The position numbers were made by a program, and so were the translations under genes. Of a stretch of DNA of 64,000 nt, positions 30,315 through 41,746 are shown in pieces. The notes beneath the pieces are model-generated. The model was given only the letters and a program-made list of their open reading frames with translations, ran no database searches and was not told where the DNA came from. The stretch is from an uncultured Methanosarcinaceae archaeon. Its GTDB lineage: Archaea > Halobacteriota > Methanosarcinia > Methanosarcinales > Methanosarcinaceae. Each line of letters begins with the position of its first letter. Within the stretch, counting starts at the first letter, position 1. Location: contig CAVSHT010000012.1 in assembly GCA_963727895.1 (NCBI GenBank), positions 65,731 to 129,730 of the forward strand. Direction: 5' to 3'.

Positions 30315-31620
30315 AGATCCAATGGAAGTACACCGTATTAATTCTTATGGTAAAGACCCGTTTGTTTCCACTGGAAATTATTTTTATATTAAAGACTCAT
30401 TAAATAAACAATAACTAGAGAACCTAATTAATATACAATAAAAACTTTTTAATTCCATAATCCATTGAGGTTAAATTTAAACTCCTTCCTTTCCAGTGGA
30501 AGAAACTATGTAATTTATTTATTAAATGTATTAACTTTTTTTACTTGAATTATAAGAATGAAAATTAAAATAAATAGGGTATTGTTAACTAAATATAGCT
30601 AGTTCTTTATTTCTGTATTTCATCAATAGAATAACCGAGTACTTTAGCATTTCAAGACTTTTTGTATAACACTTTTATAAAATTGAGAGAGAGAAAACGA
30701 AAACGAAAAGAAATACATATAGTGAAGAAAAGTAAAAAAGTAAGAAAATGAAAACATAAAGAAAGACCCCCTTATTTCGACTGGAAGGTTTATATAACCC
30801 CCGGACCCCATGGTTTCTACTGAAGGAAGGGTAAGGGTAAGCAACAAAATAAAAAGTATTATATTTTGTTTAAAACTAAAAATAATGTTGTTTGGTTATG
30901 TGATTAATATTATATATAGGTTTCTATTACACCAGTAGTTTCGATTTGTTGTAGGTTCGAGTGACTACTCATATTAATTTTTAATTTTTATTTTATAGTT
31001 TTACAAGAAAAGCTTTCATTTCATCTATTTTGATTACATTTTTGATAATGTGTTCCAAAAATTTTCATATTAAAAAGCTCTAACATAAAATTTGTGCATA
31101 GTCTACACTAACCGATTTTATGATTTTTATTTGATTATATTTTAAAATATATATCTCTTAATCGAACGTGAAGTGCTCGATTTCTGTCTTTATTAAATTT
31201 CGTTAAGCACTTCAGAAATAACTTTACTGAAATATTACATAACGAATCAATTCTGTTTATTACTGCTTTAATAATGTCTTGATTGATTACTAATTTCATT
31301 TGATATGCTGTAATGTCAAGAACTGACTTTAAAACATTCAAAATATTATACATGATACATTGTATTACAAAAAATAGCGTCCTTGCAACAAGTGATTTAG
31401 AGCACGTTCATATCTTAAAATCATTTTTTACTCTATATACGGCTTCTATATCCCGTCTTTTCCTGTATTATCAAGAAACAAATCAGTTTTAAAATTAGTG
31501 TCAAAAATACTTTGTTTAAAACTTATCATATACTAAAAATTTTATATATTGATTTGTTTTCTTGAAAGATTTGTTCCTTATAGAATCTTAAAAAATCTTT
31601 CCAATAGAAATATAGGGGTC
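30315..31620. other. Chromosomal replication origin (oriC) with ORB boxes flanking an AT-rich unwinding element
   Basis: Minus-strand ORBs at 30355-30377 (TTTCCAGTGGAAACAAACGGGTC), 30481-30501, 30765-30787 (TTCCAGTCGAAATAAGGGGGTC) and 30803-30825; plus-strand ORB at 31598-31620 (TTTCCAATAGAAATATAGGGGTC); directly upstream of cdc6. Confidence 0.9.
30578..30675 (-). mobile_element. IS1 right-end fragment (~100 bp) inside oriC
   Basis: GGTATTGTTAACTAAA...AGAATAACCGAGTACTTTAGCATTTCAAGACTT matches the insB 3' end and IR of the other copies. Confidence 0.85.
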
Positions 31621-31940
31621 CCTCTCTAAAGGCATCAAATTATGATATTATGATACCATCCACTCTTTTAAAATACTAATGCATTTATACATATATCTAG
31701 ATTCTAAATATTCTTATTTTTATTATTTTGACATTTATTTATTTTATTTTATTTTATTTCTTTACTCTATTTTTTCTTTTATTTATTTCATATATCCTAA
31801 TTTTGATTTCCTATTGCTATTTCTATATTTTTCATTTCTATATAATTAATATTTTTTACCTTGCTATTAAAAGAGTTATTTAATAATTAGCAGTAATATT
31901 CCATAAGTCTTTTAAATTAAATTGGTTTTACCTTATCTAT

Positions 31941-33128
31941 ATGAATGATCAGGGGCTTTCTAAGAAGGAGATATTTTCCTATCTGGAAAATGTAAAGTCA
32001 GAAGATACGGATTACTATAGGGTTTTAAGTTCAATGTGTACCCATCCACACAAAATTGCAGTTGAAGCTCACAGGCTTTTTATTGAGGCTAACCTGGGTG
32101 ACCTTGGACTCTTTGCAGGGGCAAGCAGGCTGGAAACTGAAGTAATCAGGATGCTAGGAAACCTTCTTCATGCACAGTCTGTTGAATCATATTCTGGGAA
32201 TTCCTATGAAAGTTCGGTTTGTGGTTATCTGACAACAGGTGGTACAGAATCCAATATTCAGGCTGTCAGGAGCATGAAAAACCTTGCTACTGCAGGCATG
32301 AGAAAATTAAGGGAAAATCCAAATATAGTCATTCCAGAATCAGCTCATTTTTCATTTGATAAAGTTGCCGATATGATGGGCATTGAGATTAGAAGAGCCC
32401 GTTTGGATTCTGAATTCAGGGTGGATATGGAATCTGTGAAAAGTTTGATTGATGCAAATACCATAGGACTTGTAGGGATAGCAGGAAATACGGAATTCGG
32501 CCAGATAGATCCTATTGAGAAACTTGCAAAGATTGCTCTTGATAATGATATTTTTTTTCACGTCGATGCAGCTTTTGGAGGTTTTGTAATTCCATTCCTT
32601 GAGAATCCATATCCTTTTGATTTCAAAATTCCAGGTGTTACTTCCATTGCAATAGATCCTCATAAAATGGGTCTTTCTACCATTCCTTCAGGTGTCTTAT
32701 TATTCAGATCTCCTTCTTTCCTTGATTCCCTCAAAGTAAGCACTCCCTACCTTACAACAAAGGCACAGTTTACTCTTACAGGTACTCGCAGTGGAGCTTC
32801 AGCTGCTGCCACATACGCTGTTATGAAATATTTAGGCTGCGAAGGATATAGAAAAAATGTACAATATTGTATGCAGCTTACCAAAAAACTGGTTGAAGAA
32901 GCTCGAAAACTCGGTTTTGAACCTTTGATAGAACCCGTAATGAATGTAGTTGCCCTGAGAGTTCCAAGCCCCGATCTTGTTCGGAAACAACTCCTTGAAA
33001 ATTTTGGATGGAATGTATCAATTACTCGTGATCCCAGATCTCTACGTTTGGTTTTAATGCCTCATAATACTGATAAAGACATCGAAGAATTTTTAGAAGA
33101 TTTGAAAAAAGTAACGGCAGAAATTTGA
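31941..33128 (+). CDS. mfnA: L-tyrosine/L-aspartate decarboxylase (PLP, group II)
   Basis: [43 protein letters not shown]. Confidence 0.92.
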   Translation: MNDQGLSKKEIFSYLENVKSEDTDYYRVLSSMCTHPHKIAVEAHRLFIEANLGDLGLFAGASRLETEVIRMLGNLLHAQSVESYSGNSYESSVCGYLTTGGTESNIQAVRSMKNLATAGMRKLRENPNIVIPESAHFSFDKVADMMGIEIRRARLDSEFRVDMESVKSLIDANTIGLVGIAGNTEFGQIDPIEKLAKIALDNDIFFHVDAAFGGFVIPFLENPYPFDFKIPGVTSIAIDPHKMGLSTIPSGVLLFRSPSFLDSLKVSTPYLTTKAQFTLTGTRSGASAAATYAVMKYLGCEGYRKNVQYCMQLTKKLVEEARKLGFEPLIEPVMNVVALRVPSPDLVRKQLLENFGWNVSITRDPRSLRLVLMPHNTDKDIEEFLEDLKKVTAEI

Positions 33129-33751
33129 AACTACTAAATTTAAAACTACTGATTTTTTGACCTGATTTTCTTCATCTTCTTGACTTCTCTACTTCCCTCG
33201 ATTTCTTTATTTTTATTTTTATTTTTTAACTTTTTACATTTTGCTTATTTTTGCATTATATTATATTTCTTATATCTTTACATAATTATATCATCTTTAT
33301 ATATTTCTTACAGTTTTTGATGTGCCAGAACATGCAGCTATAACATGGAAGCAGTTATCTATAGTATTATTACATATTATTGCCAAATAATATGTGGGAA
33401 TATGTGGGTCAATTCCTTTTAGAGAAAAACTTTATACAGATATATTCAAAGGGAAAATTTGTAGAAAATTTAGGTATAAAATAGGCAGATTACTTTGAAG
33501 TTAGATTTTTTAATGAAAAGGTATAACTTAAAAGTTCATAATTTACTAAAAATATAATTATTTTAAAATCTCTTAAAAATTTAATAAGATATAATTATCT
33601 AAAATCTCTTGGAATTCATATTTAAAAACCCATATTTATAAATTCTACTTGGAAGTTCAAATTTAGAAGTTGGAATTAGTGTTTTATTCATCTTTATATA
33701 TATAAATAAGTATAATAGCATTATAGAAATAAGAGTGGGAGTGCTTATTTC

Positions 33752-34846
33752 ATGAAATCTTCATTGAAAATAGGAAGTGTAATGGGTATACCTATCAGGT
33801 TACATATAACTTTTCTTCTGATATTACCGATATTTGCTTATGTATTTGCGATTAACCCTCAGCCATTTGGTTTTGAGGGTGTCGAACCGCCTCTAACAAA
33901 ATATGTGCTTTCTGTTCTGACTGCGATCCTGTTATTCGCTTCAATCATTGTACATGAACTAGCACATTCATATATAGCAATGCGTTATGGAGTCAAAATT
34001 GAGAGTATCACTCTCTTTCTTTTTGGGGGAGTATCTTCCATGGAAGAGATGCCCAGGGAACCTGGGCAGGAAGCAAAAATGGCTTCTGCAGGGCCGTTAA
34101 CGAGTCTTGTAATAGGCTTAGCCTGCCTTTTTATATATAGGAATTTTATCTCTCCTAGCTCTGAACTTTCTCAAAGCCCGGCATATCTTATTTTCTGGAT
34201 TCTCGGCGCTATGAATTTGGTACTTGGGATTTTCAATCTACTGCCTGCTTTTCCAATGGACGGAGGTAGAGTACTCCGTGCTTTCTATGCAAGAAAAATG
34301 TCTTATGTGAAAGCTACTCAGAGTGCAGCAGCCGTTGGAAAGTTTTTTGCGATTCTCATGGCAATTTTCGGAATTATAGTAGGCAATCTCTGGTTTCCTC
34401 TAATTGCGCTTTTCATTTATGTCGGCGCATCAGAAGAAGAACGCTCTACGAGGGCTGAAGTAACTCTCGAAAATATTATTGTAAAGGATATCATGACAAA
34501 GAATGTAGTCTCTGTTAATTCTTCCATGAGCGTTGAAGATCTAATTCATTTTATGTTTGAGAAAAAACATATGGGTTATCCTGTAATGAAAGGAGACAGC
34601 TTGAAAGGAATTGTAACGTTTACCGATGTCCAGCGTGTTCCTTACCTTGAACGCTCCGCTGTCCTTATTTCAGATATCATGACTAGAAATGTTATATCTG
34701 TGCCTTCAGACGCACACGCAAGTGATGTCCTAAAATTGGTTTCGTCTAAGAACATTGGAAGAGTTATGGTTGTTGATAACGGATCAGTTGTAGGAATTCT
34801 TTCAAGGACTGATCTTGTACGGATTCTTAGATTAAGATCTGAATAA
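33752..34846 (+). CDS. M50 zinc metalloprotease with a C-terminal CBS pair
   Basis: HELAH, FNLLPAFPMDGGRV, two CBS domains. Confidence 0.9.
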   Translation: MKSSLKIGSVMGIPIRLHITFLLILPIFAYVFAINPQPFGFEGVEPPLTKYVLSVLTAILLFASIIVHELAHSYIAMRYGVKIESITLFLFGGVSSMEEMPREPGQEAKMASAGPLTSLVIGLACLFIYRNFISPSSELSQSPAYLIFWILGAMNLVLGIFNLLPAFPMDGGRVLRAFYARKMSYVKATQSAAAVGKFFAILMAIFGIIVGNLWFPLIALFIYVGASEEERSTRAEVTLENIIVKDIMTKNVVSVNSSMSVEDLIHFMFEKKHMGYPVMKGDSLKGIVTFTDVQRVPYLERSAVLISDIMTRNVISVPSDAHASDVLKLVSSKNIGRVMVVDNGSVVGILSRTDLVRILRLRSE

Positions 34847-35623
34847 TTCTAAAATACTTTATACTTTCACTCTTATAATCTGGAATTAATCAACATTATT
34901 TATCAAAAAATGTTATTAAATAGAATTGTTGGGCTGAATTAAAATATTTAATCAAGACTTCTTTAAGAGAAAAGATAAATTATCAAAACAATTTTTATTA
35001 AAGAATTCATTAACAGAACACGGAAATATCAAAATAATTTCCATCTAAAATTTTCATCCAAAATTTCCATCAAATAATTTTCATCAAATAATTTTCATCA
35101 AAAGATATTTTTATTAAAAGATATCAACTTCTTCAAATTATTTATTTATTTATTTCTCTCTACAACTATTGCAATGTAACTCCTAAGTGCAAGTTACTTA
35201 TCGAAATTTAGCAATTTCAAATAATCAATTGAATTTATGATCACGGAAATAATTATAAAACTTTATAGATTTGGGAATAAAATTGGTTTTAGGATCAAAT
35301 CTAAAATGCTTAAACAAGCTTATGAAATATTATATATAATGAAGATTATAAACAGAAACGAAAATTTAGAAGCAGCAATATAATCTCTGGCAGATAATTA
35401 CCACAAGTTAATCATCTGCTTATAGCTAAGTTCTTTCATATCGGTTATTTTATATGAAGTTTAATTATTCATGCAGGTAAACACAGTTAGTGGTATTCTC
35501 ATGCATAACTTAAATGCGTAGTAGTAGAGAGATTAACTATGAACAAACCTGAAAATTACAAATTCTCAGGACAAGGATCCTTACTACATATTTCACAGTT
35601 CATCTAAGGAGTTAATATATTCT

Positions 35624-37078
35624 ATGGACAAACTTGTGACTGAATCCTCAGAAAATTCCATTTCTGGTGGAAAGTCTAAAATTTCTGGTTCTTCAACTAA
35701 TATAACTAATATGTCACAGGAAGATACTTCTGTGCAATCACCCGAAACAGAGTCTAACAAACTTGAAACAAATCTTGATATAAGTTCTGAACTTATTCTA
35801 GATCCTATTTCTAATTCAGCTTCCGAAATTTCAATTTCTTCATCTTCCCAATTATCTGATGTAAACTCGGTTGAGTATCAGCCATCAAAAATTGTGCTTA
35901 TAGGAACTGCTCACGTCTCGGAAAAGAGCGTTGATGAAGTCAAGGCTGCTATCAGAAACTTGAAACCGGATATTGTAGCTGTTGAGCTTTGTAGAGGACG
36001 TTATAATTCCCTGAAAGGTAATGTGGTGCAGGAAGATCAGGTTCCTATCAAGGAAATTTTATCTCAAGGTAAGATCAATTATTATCTTATTCACTGGTTG
36101 CTCGCCTATGTGCAAAAAAAGATCGGTGACGATATGGGTGTAAAACCCGGGGCTGAGATGATTTCCGCAATAGAAGAAGCCGAGTCTATAGGAGCCAATA
36201 TTGCTTTAATTGATAGGGACATCCAGGTGACGCTTCAGCGTTTCTGGGGAAAAATGAAATTCCTGGAAAAAATTAAAATGCTCAGCTCTCTGCTAGGTGG
36301 TCTCATAGGAATTGGAAAAGGAACAGAGATTGATATTGATAATATAACAGATACTGATGTTGTGACTGCCCTTGTAAATGAGCTAAGAGGGTTTGCCCCG
36401 ACTGCAGCTGAAGTCTTGATCGATGAAAGGGATGCTTATCTTGCCGGAAATCTCGTTAATGTAGCTGCAGGTGGAAACAAAACTGTTGTTGCTGTAATAG
36501 GAGCAGGACATAAGCCCGGAGTGACCAAATATCTAAAAAATCCAAAGACCATTCCTCCCCTTAATTCACTTATGGATATTCCAAAAAAACGTTTTAGCAT
36601 TGGAAAAATTATTGGTTTTGGTCTTGTTGGGATTGTACTTATATTTTTCTTGTTACTGCTTCTTTCAGGTGTTTCACTTAAACTTCTTTTGATAGCGTTC
36701 GGGTGCTGGTTCATTATTACCGGGACTCTCAGCGCAATTGGAACCGTGCTTGCAGGTGGACATCCTTACTCAGTTCTGACTGCTTTTTCAGTTGCTTGGC
36801 TAACCACTCTTCACCCATTGCTAGCTGCAGGATGGTTTGCTGGCCTAGTAGAAGCAAAACAACGAAATCCTACTATTGCAGATATAAAAGCTCTTGCAGG
36901 AGTAGATACCTTCAAAGAGATGTTCAAAAACAAGTTTATGCGTGTTCTTCTGGTTGCAAGTTTTGCAAACGTTGGAAGTGCAACAGGATTTTTCGTTGCT
37001 GCTTATGTTATGATGCGCGTTACCGGTCTTGGCCCGATGGATATTATTCATGTTGGCCTCAATACAATCGGTCTTTAA
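35624..37078 (+). CDS. TraB/GumN (pheromone shutdown-like) family membrane protein
   Basis: LIGTAHVS, VAVELC, PGAEM, DRDIQVT, LIDERD, VIGAGH; C-terminal TM helices; possible earlier start at 35539 offset by 1 nt. Confidence 0.88.
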   Translation: MDKLVTESSENSISGGKSKISGSSTNITNMSQEDTSVQSPETESNKLETNLDISSELILDPISNSASEISISSSSQLSDVNSVEYQPSKIVLIGTAHVSEKSVDEVKAAIRNLKPDIVAVELCRGRYNSLKGNVVQEDQVPIKEILSQGKINYYLIHWLLAYVQKKIGDDMGVKPGAEMISAIEEAESIGANIALIDRDIQVTLQRFWGKMKFLEKIKMLSSLLGGLIGIGKGTEIDIDNITDTDVVTALVNELRGFAPTAAEVLIDERDAYLAGNLVNVAAGGNKTVVAVIGAGHKPGVTKYLKNPKTIPPLNSLMDIPKKRFSIGKIIGFGLVGIVLIFFLLLLLSGVSLKLLLIAFGCWFIITGTLSAIGTVLAGGHPYSVLTAFSVAWLTTLHPLLAAGWFAGLVEAKQRNPTIADIKALAGVDTFKEMFKNKFMRVLLVASFANVGSATGFFVAAYVMMRVTGLGPMDIIHVGLNTIGL

Positions 37079-37311
37079 AGAATTTGACATTTTTATATTC
37101 AAGGCGGAGTTAAACAGTCATATTATAAATTCTAATTTTTTTTCTATTATATACTCTTTAAAATTAGTCCTGGTATTCAATATTTTTATCCAATGTTTAT
37201 TTTTTGTACAAACATTTGTTCTTTTTTACATTCACTGCCATAAAAGTGTATACAGATAATTAGTGAACTCGAAAAAAAGAAAAGAGAAAAATAAAAAATG
37301 AAGAAAAAAGT

Positions 37312-38211
37312 TTAAACTTGGAAGAGTTCGTGAAGTTTGAACTGATATTTTCCGAGTTTTCCACCGTAATTTCCTGCGGAGATTTTCTTGATACCTGGTA
37401 CAGTTACAGCGGCTTTGATTCCTGCTTTCATTGCAGCTTTTATGCTTTCTTCATCAAGTCCATTGATGACGATTTCATAAACAGCATTGACATCTGCCGG
37501 AATTTCAGTGTTTTCAACCTTATCTTTTATGGAAGGACAGAATTTTTCATTAGCAGTAGCTTTCAGGAATTTATATTTGTTTGCTCCGGATTTGGATCCA
37601 CTGGCCACAATGCCGCCAGGGAAAGGAGTAATTGTGTTTTCAATTTCTCCAATTGCATCAACAGCAACTTCTGCTGCAGTCAGGGCACTCATTTGAGAAT
37701 CTCCGAAGATGAAGAAATTTCCACCGGCAATTCCAGCTATAGCCCCTATATTTTCTTCGTTAAGGAAATCTCCTTCCATAATTGGGATTTTGTATACTTT
37801 GCGGCCTGCAATCTGGGTTTCTGATTCCATACCATCTGCAAAGAATTTGAGTTTAAAGCCTATATTGAACTGTTTTTCAGCTTCAGGAAGTCCATTGAAA
37901 ACTGCAGTTGTGGGAGCTGTAAGCACGCACTGTCCAATTCGTTCAAGTAGCTGGTTTTCCATGGCTTCATATTTAAAAGTGCAAATTTGTATATAAACTC
38001 CAGGCCTTCCATCAGGGGTTTCACAGGGGCTTGCAAATCTCTCAATCCCTGCTTCAGCAGGACACATTATAACAGATGTAGCGAAACCAGTAGCTTCGGT
38101 AGCTGCTATAAGGGCCCAGTGCTTTGTAGCAGCTGTTATGAGTACCCTCGATATCTTGATCGGAAACGCTTCTGCATATGTATCATCAATTTCTACTCCA
38201 TTAATTTCCAT
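37312..38211 (-). CDS. ftr: Formylmethanofuran:tetrahydromethanopterin formyltransferase
   Basis: DDTYAEAF, GFATSVIMCPAEAG, TPDGRPG, PFPGGIVASGSK, SAGNYGGKLG. Confidence 0.97.
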   Translation of the reverse strand: MEINGVEIDDTYAEAFPIKISRVLITAATKHWALIAATEATGFATSVIMCPAEAGIERFASPCETPDGRPGVYIQICTFKYEAMENQLLERIGQCVLTAPTTAVFNGLPEAEKQFNIGFKLKFFADGMESETQIAGRKVYKIPIMEGDFLNEENIGAIAGIAGGNFFIFGDSQMSALTAAEVAVDAIGEIENTITPFPGGIVASGSKSGANKYKFLKATANEKFCPSIKDKVENTEIPADVNAVYEIVINGLDEESIKAAMKAGIKAAVTVPGIKKISAGNYGGKLGKYQFKLHELFQV

Positions 38212-38658
38212 AAAAATCTCTCACTTTTTTGTTGTTGATATTTTGAAATTAATTCGGGAATATTCAGGGCTTTGTCCTTTATTTCCCAGTCTTCTATAAG
38301 TTTCCAGTCTTCAATAAACTTTTAAAACTTTCCAGATACTTACAGAATAACATAGTATAGTATTTACTTAGAGTGTTGAGTTTAATGTATATTTAATGCA
38401 CTAAGGGTATTAGCTAAAATACTACACACTTAAAATCCTGTTTTACTTCAGACTTGTTTATAGGACTAATTATGTCAATTATAATATTTATTTCAAATAT
38501 ATAATTTTTCAAAGAAAAGATTAAGAGGACAAAATAACTACTTGAAACATCATTTTCTTTTTTAAATATCTCTATCAAATTTTAAGTTACACTGTAAGTA
38601 ACATAGAAATTATGTTATCTTTATTCTAATAGCTAAAGAGTTGACTGCCATATCCGAT

Positions 38659-38681
38659 AACCCCTCGATTTCCACTGCAAC
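38659..38681 (-). promoter_or_regulatory. Isolated ORB-like box
   Basis: GTTGCAGTGGAAATCGAGGGGTT resembles the oriC ORBs, including the G-string. Confidence 0.45.
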
Positions 38682-38911
38682 TTACTTTATAACTAAAGCT
38701 GTAACTTCATTTTATTTTGTCTGTTTTTCACATGTCATCATTTCAATAACAAAAAAGTTATCATCTAACGTTGATGAGTGTTTTATCCTGGGCTCTGTTA
38801 TCTCAGTTTTCACTTCCATTGCAAGTATTTATTCTACTGAATTTTTGAGACTTATTTTTTAAAGTTTATCCAGTAGGTTAATATTTCTATAGTACAATTC
38901 TTATCTCATAC

Positions 38912-38927
38912 TTTGGTATACAGCAAA
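38912..38927. promoter_or_regulatory. Putative DtxR-family operator (autoregulatory)
   Basis: TTTGGTATACAGCAAA; similar boxes at 39568-39583 and 39608-39623. Confidence 0.5.
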
Positions 38928-38958
38928 CAATATATACCGGTTTTCTACACTTCTCTTT

Positions 38959-39408
38959 ATGAATGACCAAAATTATCCTGAATTTACAGGCCTTGAGCTC
39001 TCTCCAAGAAAGGTAGATTATCTCAAGTTTATTCTTGAAAAAGGGAACACTGTAAAAACCACTGAGATCTCTTCAGGCCTACAGGTGGACCCTTCAACCA
39101 CAACCAAGACTTTAAACGAGCTTGCAAACACAGGCTACCTGAATCACATTCCTTACAGAGGTGTCGACCTGACAGAAATGGGTGAGGCGTTTGCACAATT
39201 TCTTGTTCGAAGGCATAGGATTCTGAGTCTTCTTTTAACTCATTATGGACTTTCGTCAGAGGAGGCATGTAGCGAAGTTTCGCGTTTTGAGGCTTTTGTT
39301 TCCAGGGATGCTGTAGACAAAATATGCAGTTCAATGGGACATCCGATGTTCGGAGTATGCGGAAAAATAACTCATGGAGAATGCCTGTATGAAGGAAATC
39401 GCCATTGA
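38959..39408 (+). CDS. DtxR/MntR-family metal-dependent transcriptional regulator
   Basis: DYLKFI, wHTH VDPSTTTKTLNELA, YRGVDLTEMG, RRHRIL, MGHP. Confidence 0.9.
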   Translation: MNDQNYPEFTGLELSPRKVDYLKFILEKGNTVKTTEISSGLQVDPSTTTKTLNELANTGYLNHIPYRGVDLTEMGEAFAQFLVRRHRILSLLLTHYGLSSEEACSEVSRFEAFVSRDAVDKICSSMGHPMFGVCGKITHGECLYEGNRH

Positions 39409-39567
39409 TCACCTGACAAAATGCTAAACAAAAAGTATTAAGGTGTCATTTTATATCATTAAACGTTACTTAAAATATTTCAAGTGTTAAAGGATGTTAA
39501 TAGAACGTTATGTAATGATAACTGAAGCATTAATGTTGATAAAACCGCGAGTAAGCTTATGACAAAT

Positions 39568-39623
39568 TTGGGTTTACACCAAAAATACTCGTTAATAGCT
39601 CAAAAATTTTGGTATATGTCAAA
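39568..39623. promoter_or_regulatory. Two putative DtxR-family operators
   Basis: TTGGGTTTACACCAAA and TTTGGTATATGTCAAA; the second abuts an ATG at 39625. Confidence 0.5.
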
Positions 39624-39680
39624 TATGGCATATGACATAATTTGGATATATGTAGCTTTCTCCTCAATGACGGTCTTATC

Positions 39681-40536
39681 GGTTCCGTTGCAAAAAATCT
39701 CAGAATAAGCATGTAAATCTATAGACAATGAACAGAAGTTAAAATATTCAAGAAGATGTATCAATATTATAGAACTATTCCAAATAATTGATTAATATAT
39801 TTAGCTTCATTAAGACCAGAGTAATTTAGATTCTTGACTTGTCCTTTTTTAATCATATTCATCGCTTCAATTCCTTTTAAAGTTTTAATAGCTGTGTTAA
39901 AAGACTGAAATCCTAACATTGGATTAACTATTCGTTTAATGGATCTATGATCTTGTTCTATAATGTTATTCAAATACTTGATTTGTCGAATGCCTACGTT
40001 TATAGGTAGTATTTTATCATTTTTCAGTTTATTTATAGCAGGTGGATAAGCTGGATTTTTATCAACTGTTATTACTCTTGGAATTTGATTATGATTAGAA
40101 TTCAAAGCTTTTTTGAAGAATCTGTTCGCTGCTTTTTGGTCTCGTTTTGCACTTAACATAAAATCAATTGTATCTCCATTTGAGTCAACTGCTCGGTAAA
40201 AATATTTCCATTTACCTTTAATTCTGATATAAGTTTCATCAACTCTCCAAGAGTCGTTTGTTGGTCTTAAATGCCTTCTGACCTTTTTTTCAATTTCAGG
40301 TGAATATTGATGTACCCATCTCATGATAGTACTGTGATCAACTTCTACTCCCCTTTCTGCCATCATTTCCTTTAAATTTCGATAACTTAATGGATATTTT
40401 AAGTACCATCTAACATTCAATAAAATAATTTCACCCACAAAATGCTTCCATTTAAAGGGATTAGATAGCATGTCATTATCCTTTACTTCCCTTTTATTTG
40501 ATTATATCCTTAACAGATATTTTTTGCAACGGAACC
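39681..40536 (-). mobile_element. IS6-family insertion sequence (856 bp)
   Basis: TIRs GGTTCCGTTGCAAAAAAT / ATTTTTTGCAACGGAACC; no target duplication. Confidence 0.95.
39767..40471 (-). CDS. IS6-family DDE transposase (intact ORF)
   Basis: VRWYLKYPLSYRNL, WRVDETY, YRAVDSNGDTIDF, ITVDK, YLNNIIEQDHR. Confidence 0.95.
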   Translation of the reverse strand: MLSNPFKWKHFVGEIILLNVRWYLKYPLSYRNLKEMMAERGVEVDHSTIMRWVHQYSPEIEKKVRRHLRPTNDSWRVDETYIRIKGKWKYFYRAVDSNGDTIDFMLSAKRDQKAANRFFKKALNSNHNQIPRVITVDKNPAYPPAINKLKNDKILPINVGIRQIKYLNNIIEQDHRSIKRIVNPMLGFQSFNTAIKTLKGIEAMNMIKKGQVKNLNYSGLNEAKYINQLFGIVL

Positions 40537-40993
40537 TAGACTTGCAGCTATTGGGATGGAAATACTTGAAAATAGAAGAATTTCAGGGGTTTAAGAGACT
40601 CCTATCTCCATTTTTTATAAGCTTTTAAATTCATGTTTTCCTAATTATATTTATTCTGTTTTATTATGACATAATTTTATATATGGTGAGATGTAAGAGC
40701 GTAAACGTTTAATGGGTTTTATTTTATAGAATTCCAGGACTAAACCTCTCAGGCTGGATTCATAATGAAAAAAATAGAATCTGAAGCATTTAATCCATAT
40801 GCGTATAATCGCTTCGAGTGGGGAAGTGACGGATACGTCGGCAAATCAAACACAATAGATTTATTTGGAGCCACCCTAAGCCAATCCAATAAATGTATCT
40901 GAAAGCCACCTCAAAGCAAGTGCCTGAACCCGTTATTTTAAACGGGAACTATCCGACTGTTTACTAAAACAAGATGTCACGTCAGGTGATAAA

Positions 40994-41449
40994 ATGGACC
41001 ATGATACAACCCGGGATCAAAATGTAAAAGAAAACGAAACTTTTGATGGAGAATACCTCGATCTCCCAGATATCCCCCTTCCTGAAACTGATAATGTGCT
41101 GTACTCAATTTTGAATTCGTTAAATCAGAATATTGCAGATTTTCATACCTTTGTAAAATTTAATTCCTATCTTTCTGAAGACCATCTAAACGTTGAACTA
41201 CTTAAAAGAAGCATGGGTATTCACAGGGACTTTACAGCTCTGTTTCTGCACACCAAAGAAGAGATGTTATTTACCTATCCCGAATTTATTGAGAAAACCG
41301 AAAAGGTGCTTTTCAAGGGAAGTGTAGGTACTGACTGTATAAAATATACTAGTAAATTGTGCAGAGTAATAAGTGATTACAAAATAGCTCTTCACAGAGA
41401 AGGATATTTGCCTGATCTTCGAAGGCAGTTACCATTGGTTGATCTTTGA
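40994..41449 (+). CDS. Hypothetical protein
   Basis: 151-aa ORF preceded by AGGTGA RBS; no motif recognised. Confidence 0.65.
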   Translation: MDHDTTRDQNVKENETFDGEYLDLPDIPLPETDNVLYSILNSLNQNIADFHTFVKFNSYLSEDHLNVELLKRSMGIHRDFTALFLHTKEEMLFTYPEFIEKTEKVLFKGSVGTDCIKYTSKLCRVISDYKIALHREGYLPDLRRQLPLVDL

Positions 41450-41746
41450 TCAGCTATAACTTATTTTTTCTATAAAGTTATTTTTTAAAATTTAATTCCA
41501 GGTTTCTGCTCTTATATTTCAGATATTCTGATTCTTTGACGTGTCTAAAAACTTATAAAAACCTTCAAAACTAATAATTTTAAGAATCAAAGCTTCTTCC
41601 AAGTTTAAATTTAATCAAATACAAAAAGAAAATTTTCTCCTATTTAAATCTATACTTTTAGTGTATTTTTTAGTACTTCTATTAATTTATATTTATTTTT
41701 CAGTACATCAATAGTTTTATATAAAAAAAAGTTATCTGAGATGCAA

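Noticed and set aside
35030-35125. AATTTTCATCAAAT-type repeats and similar short duplications at ~5560, ~15735 and ~26300
   Set aside because: Low-complexity slippage repeats typical of AT-rich intergenic DNA
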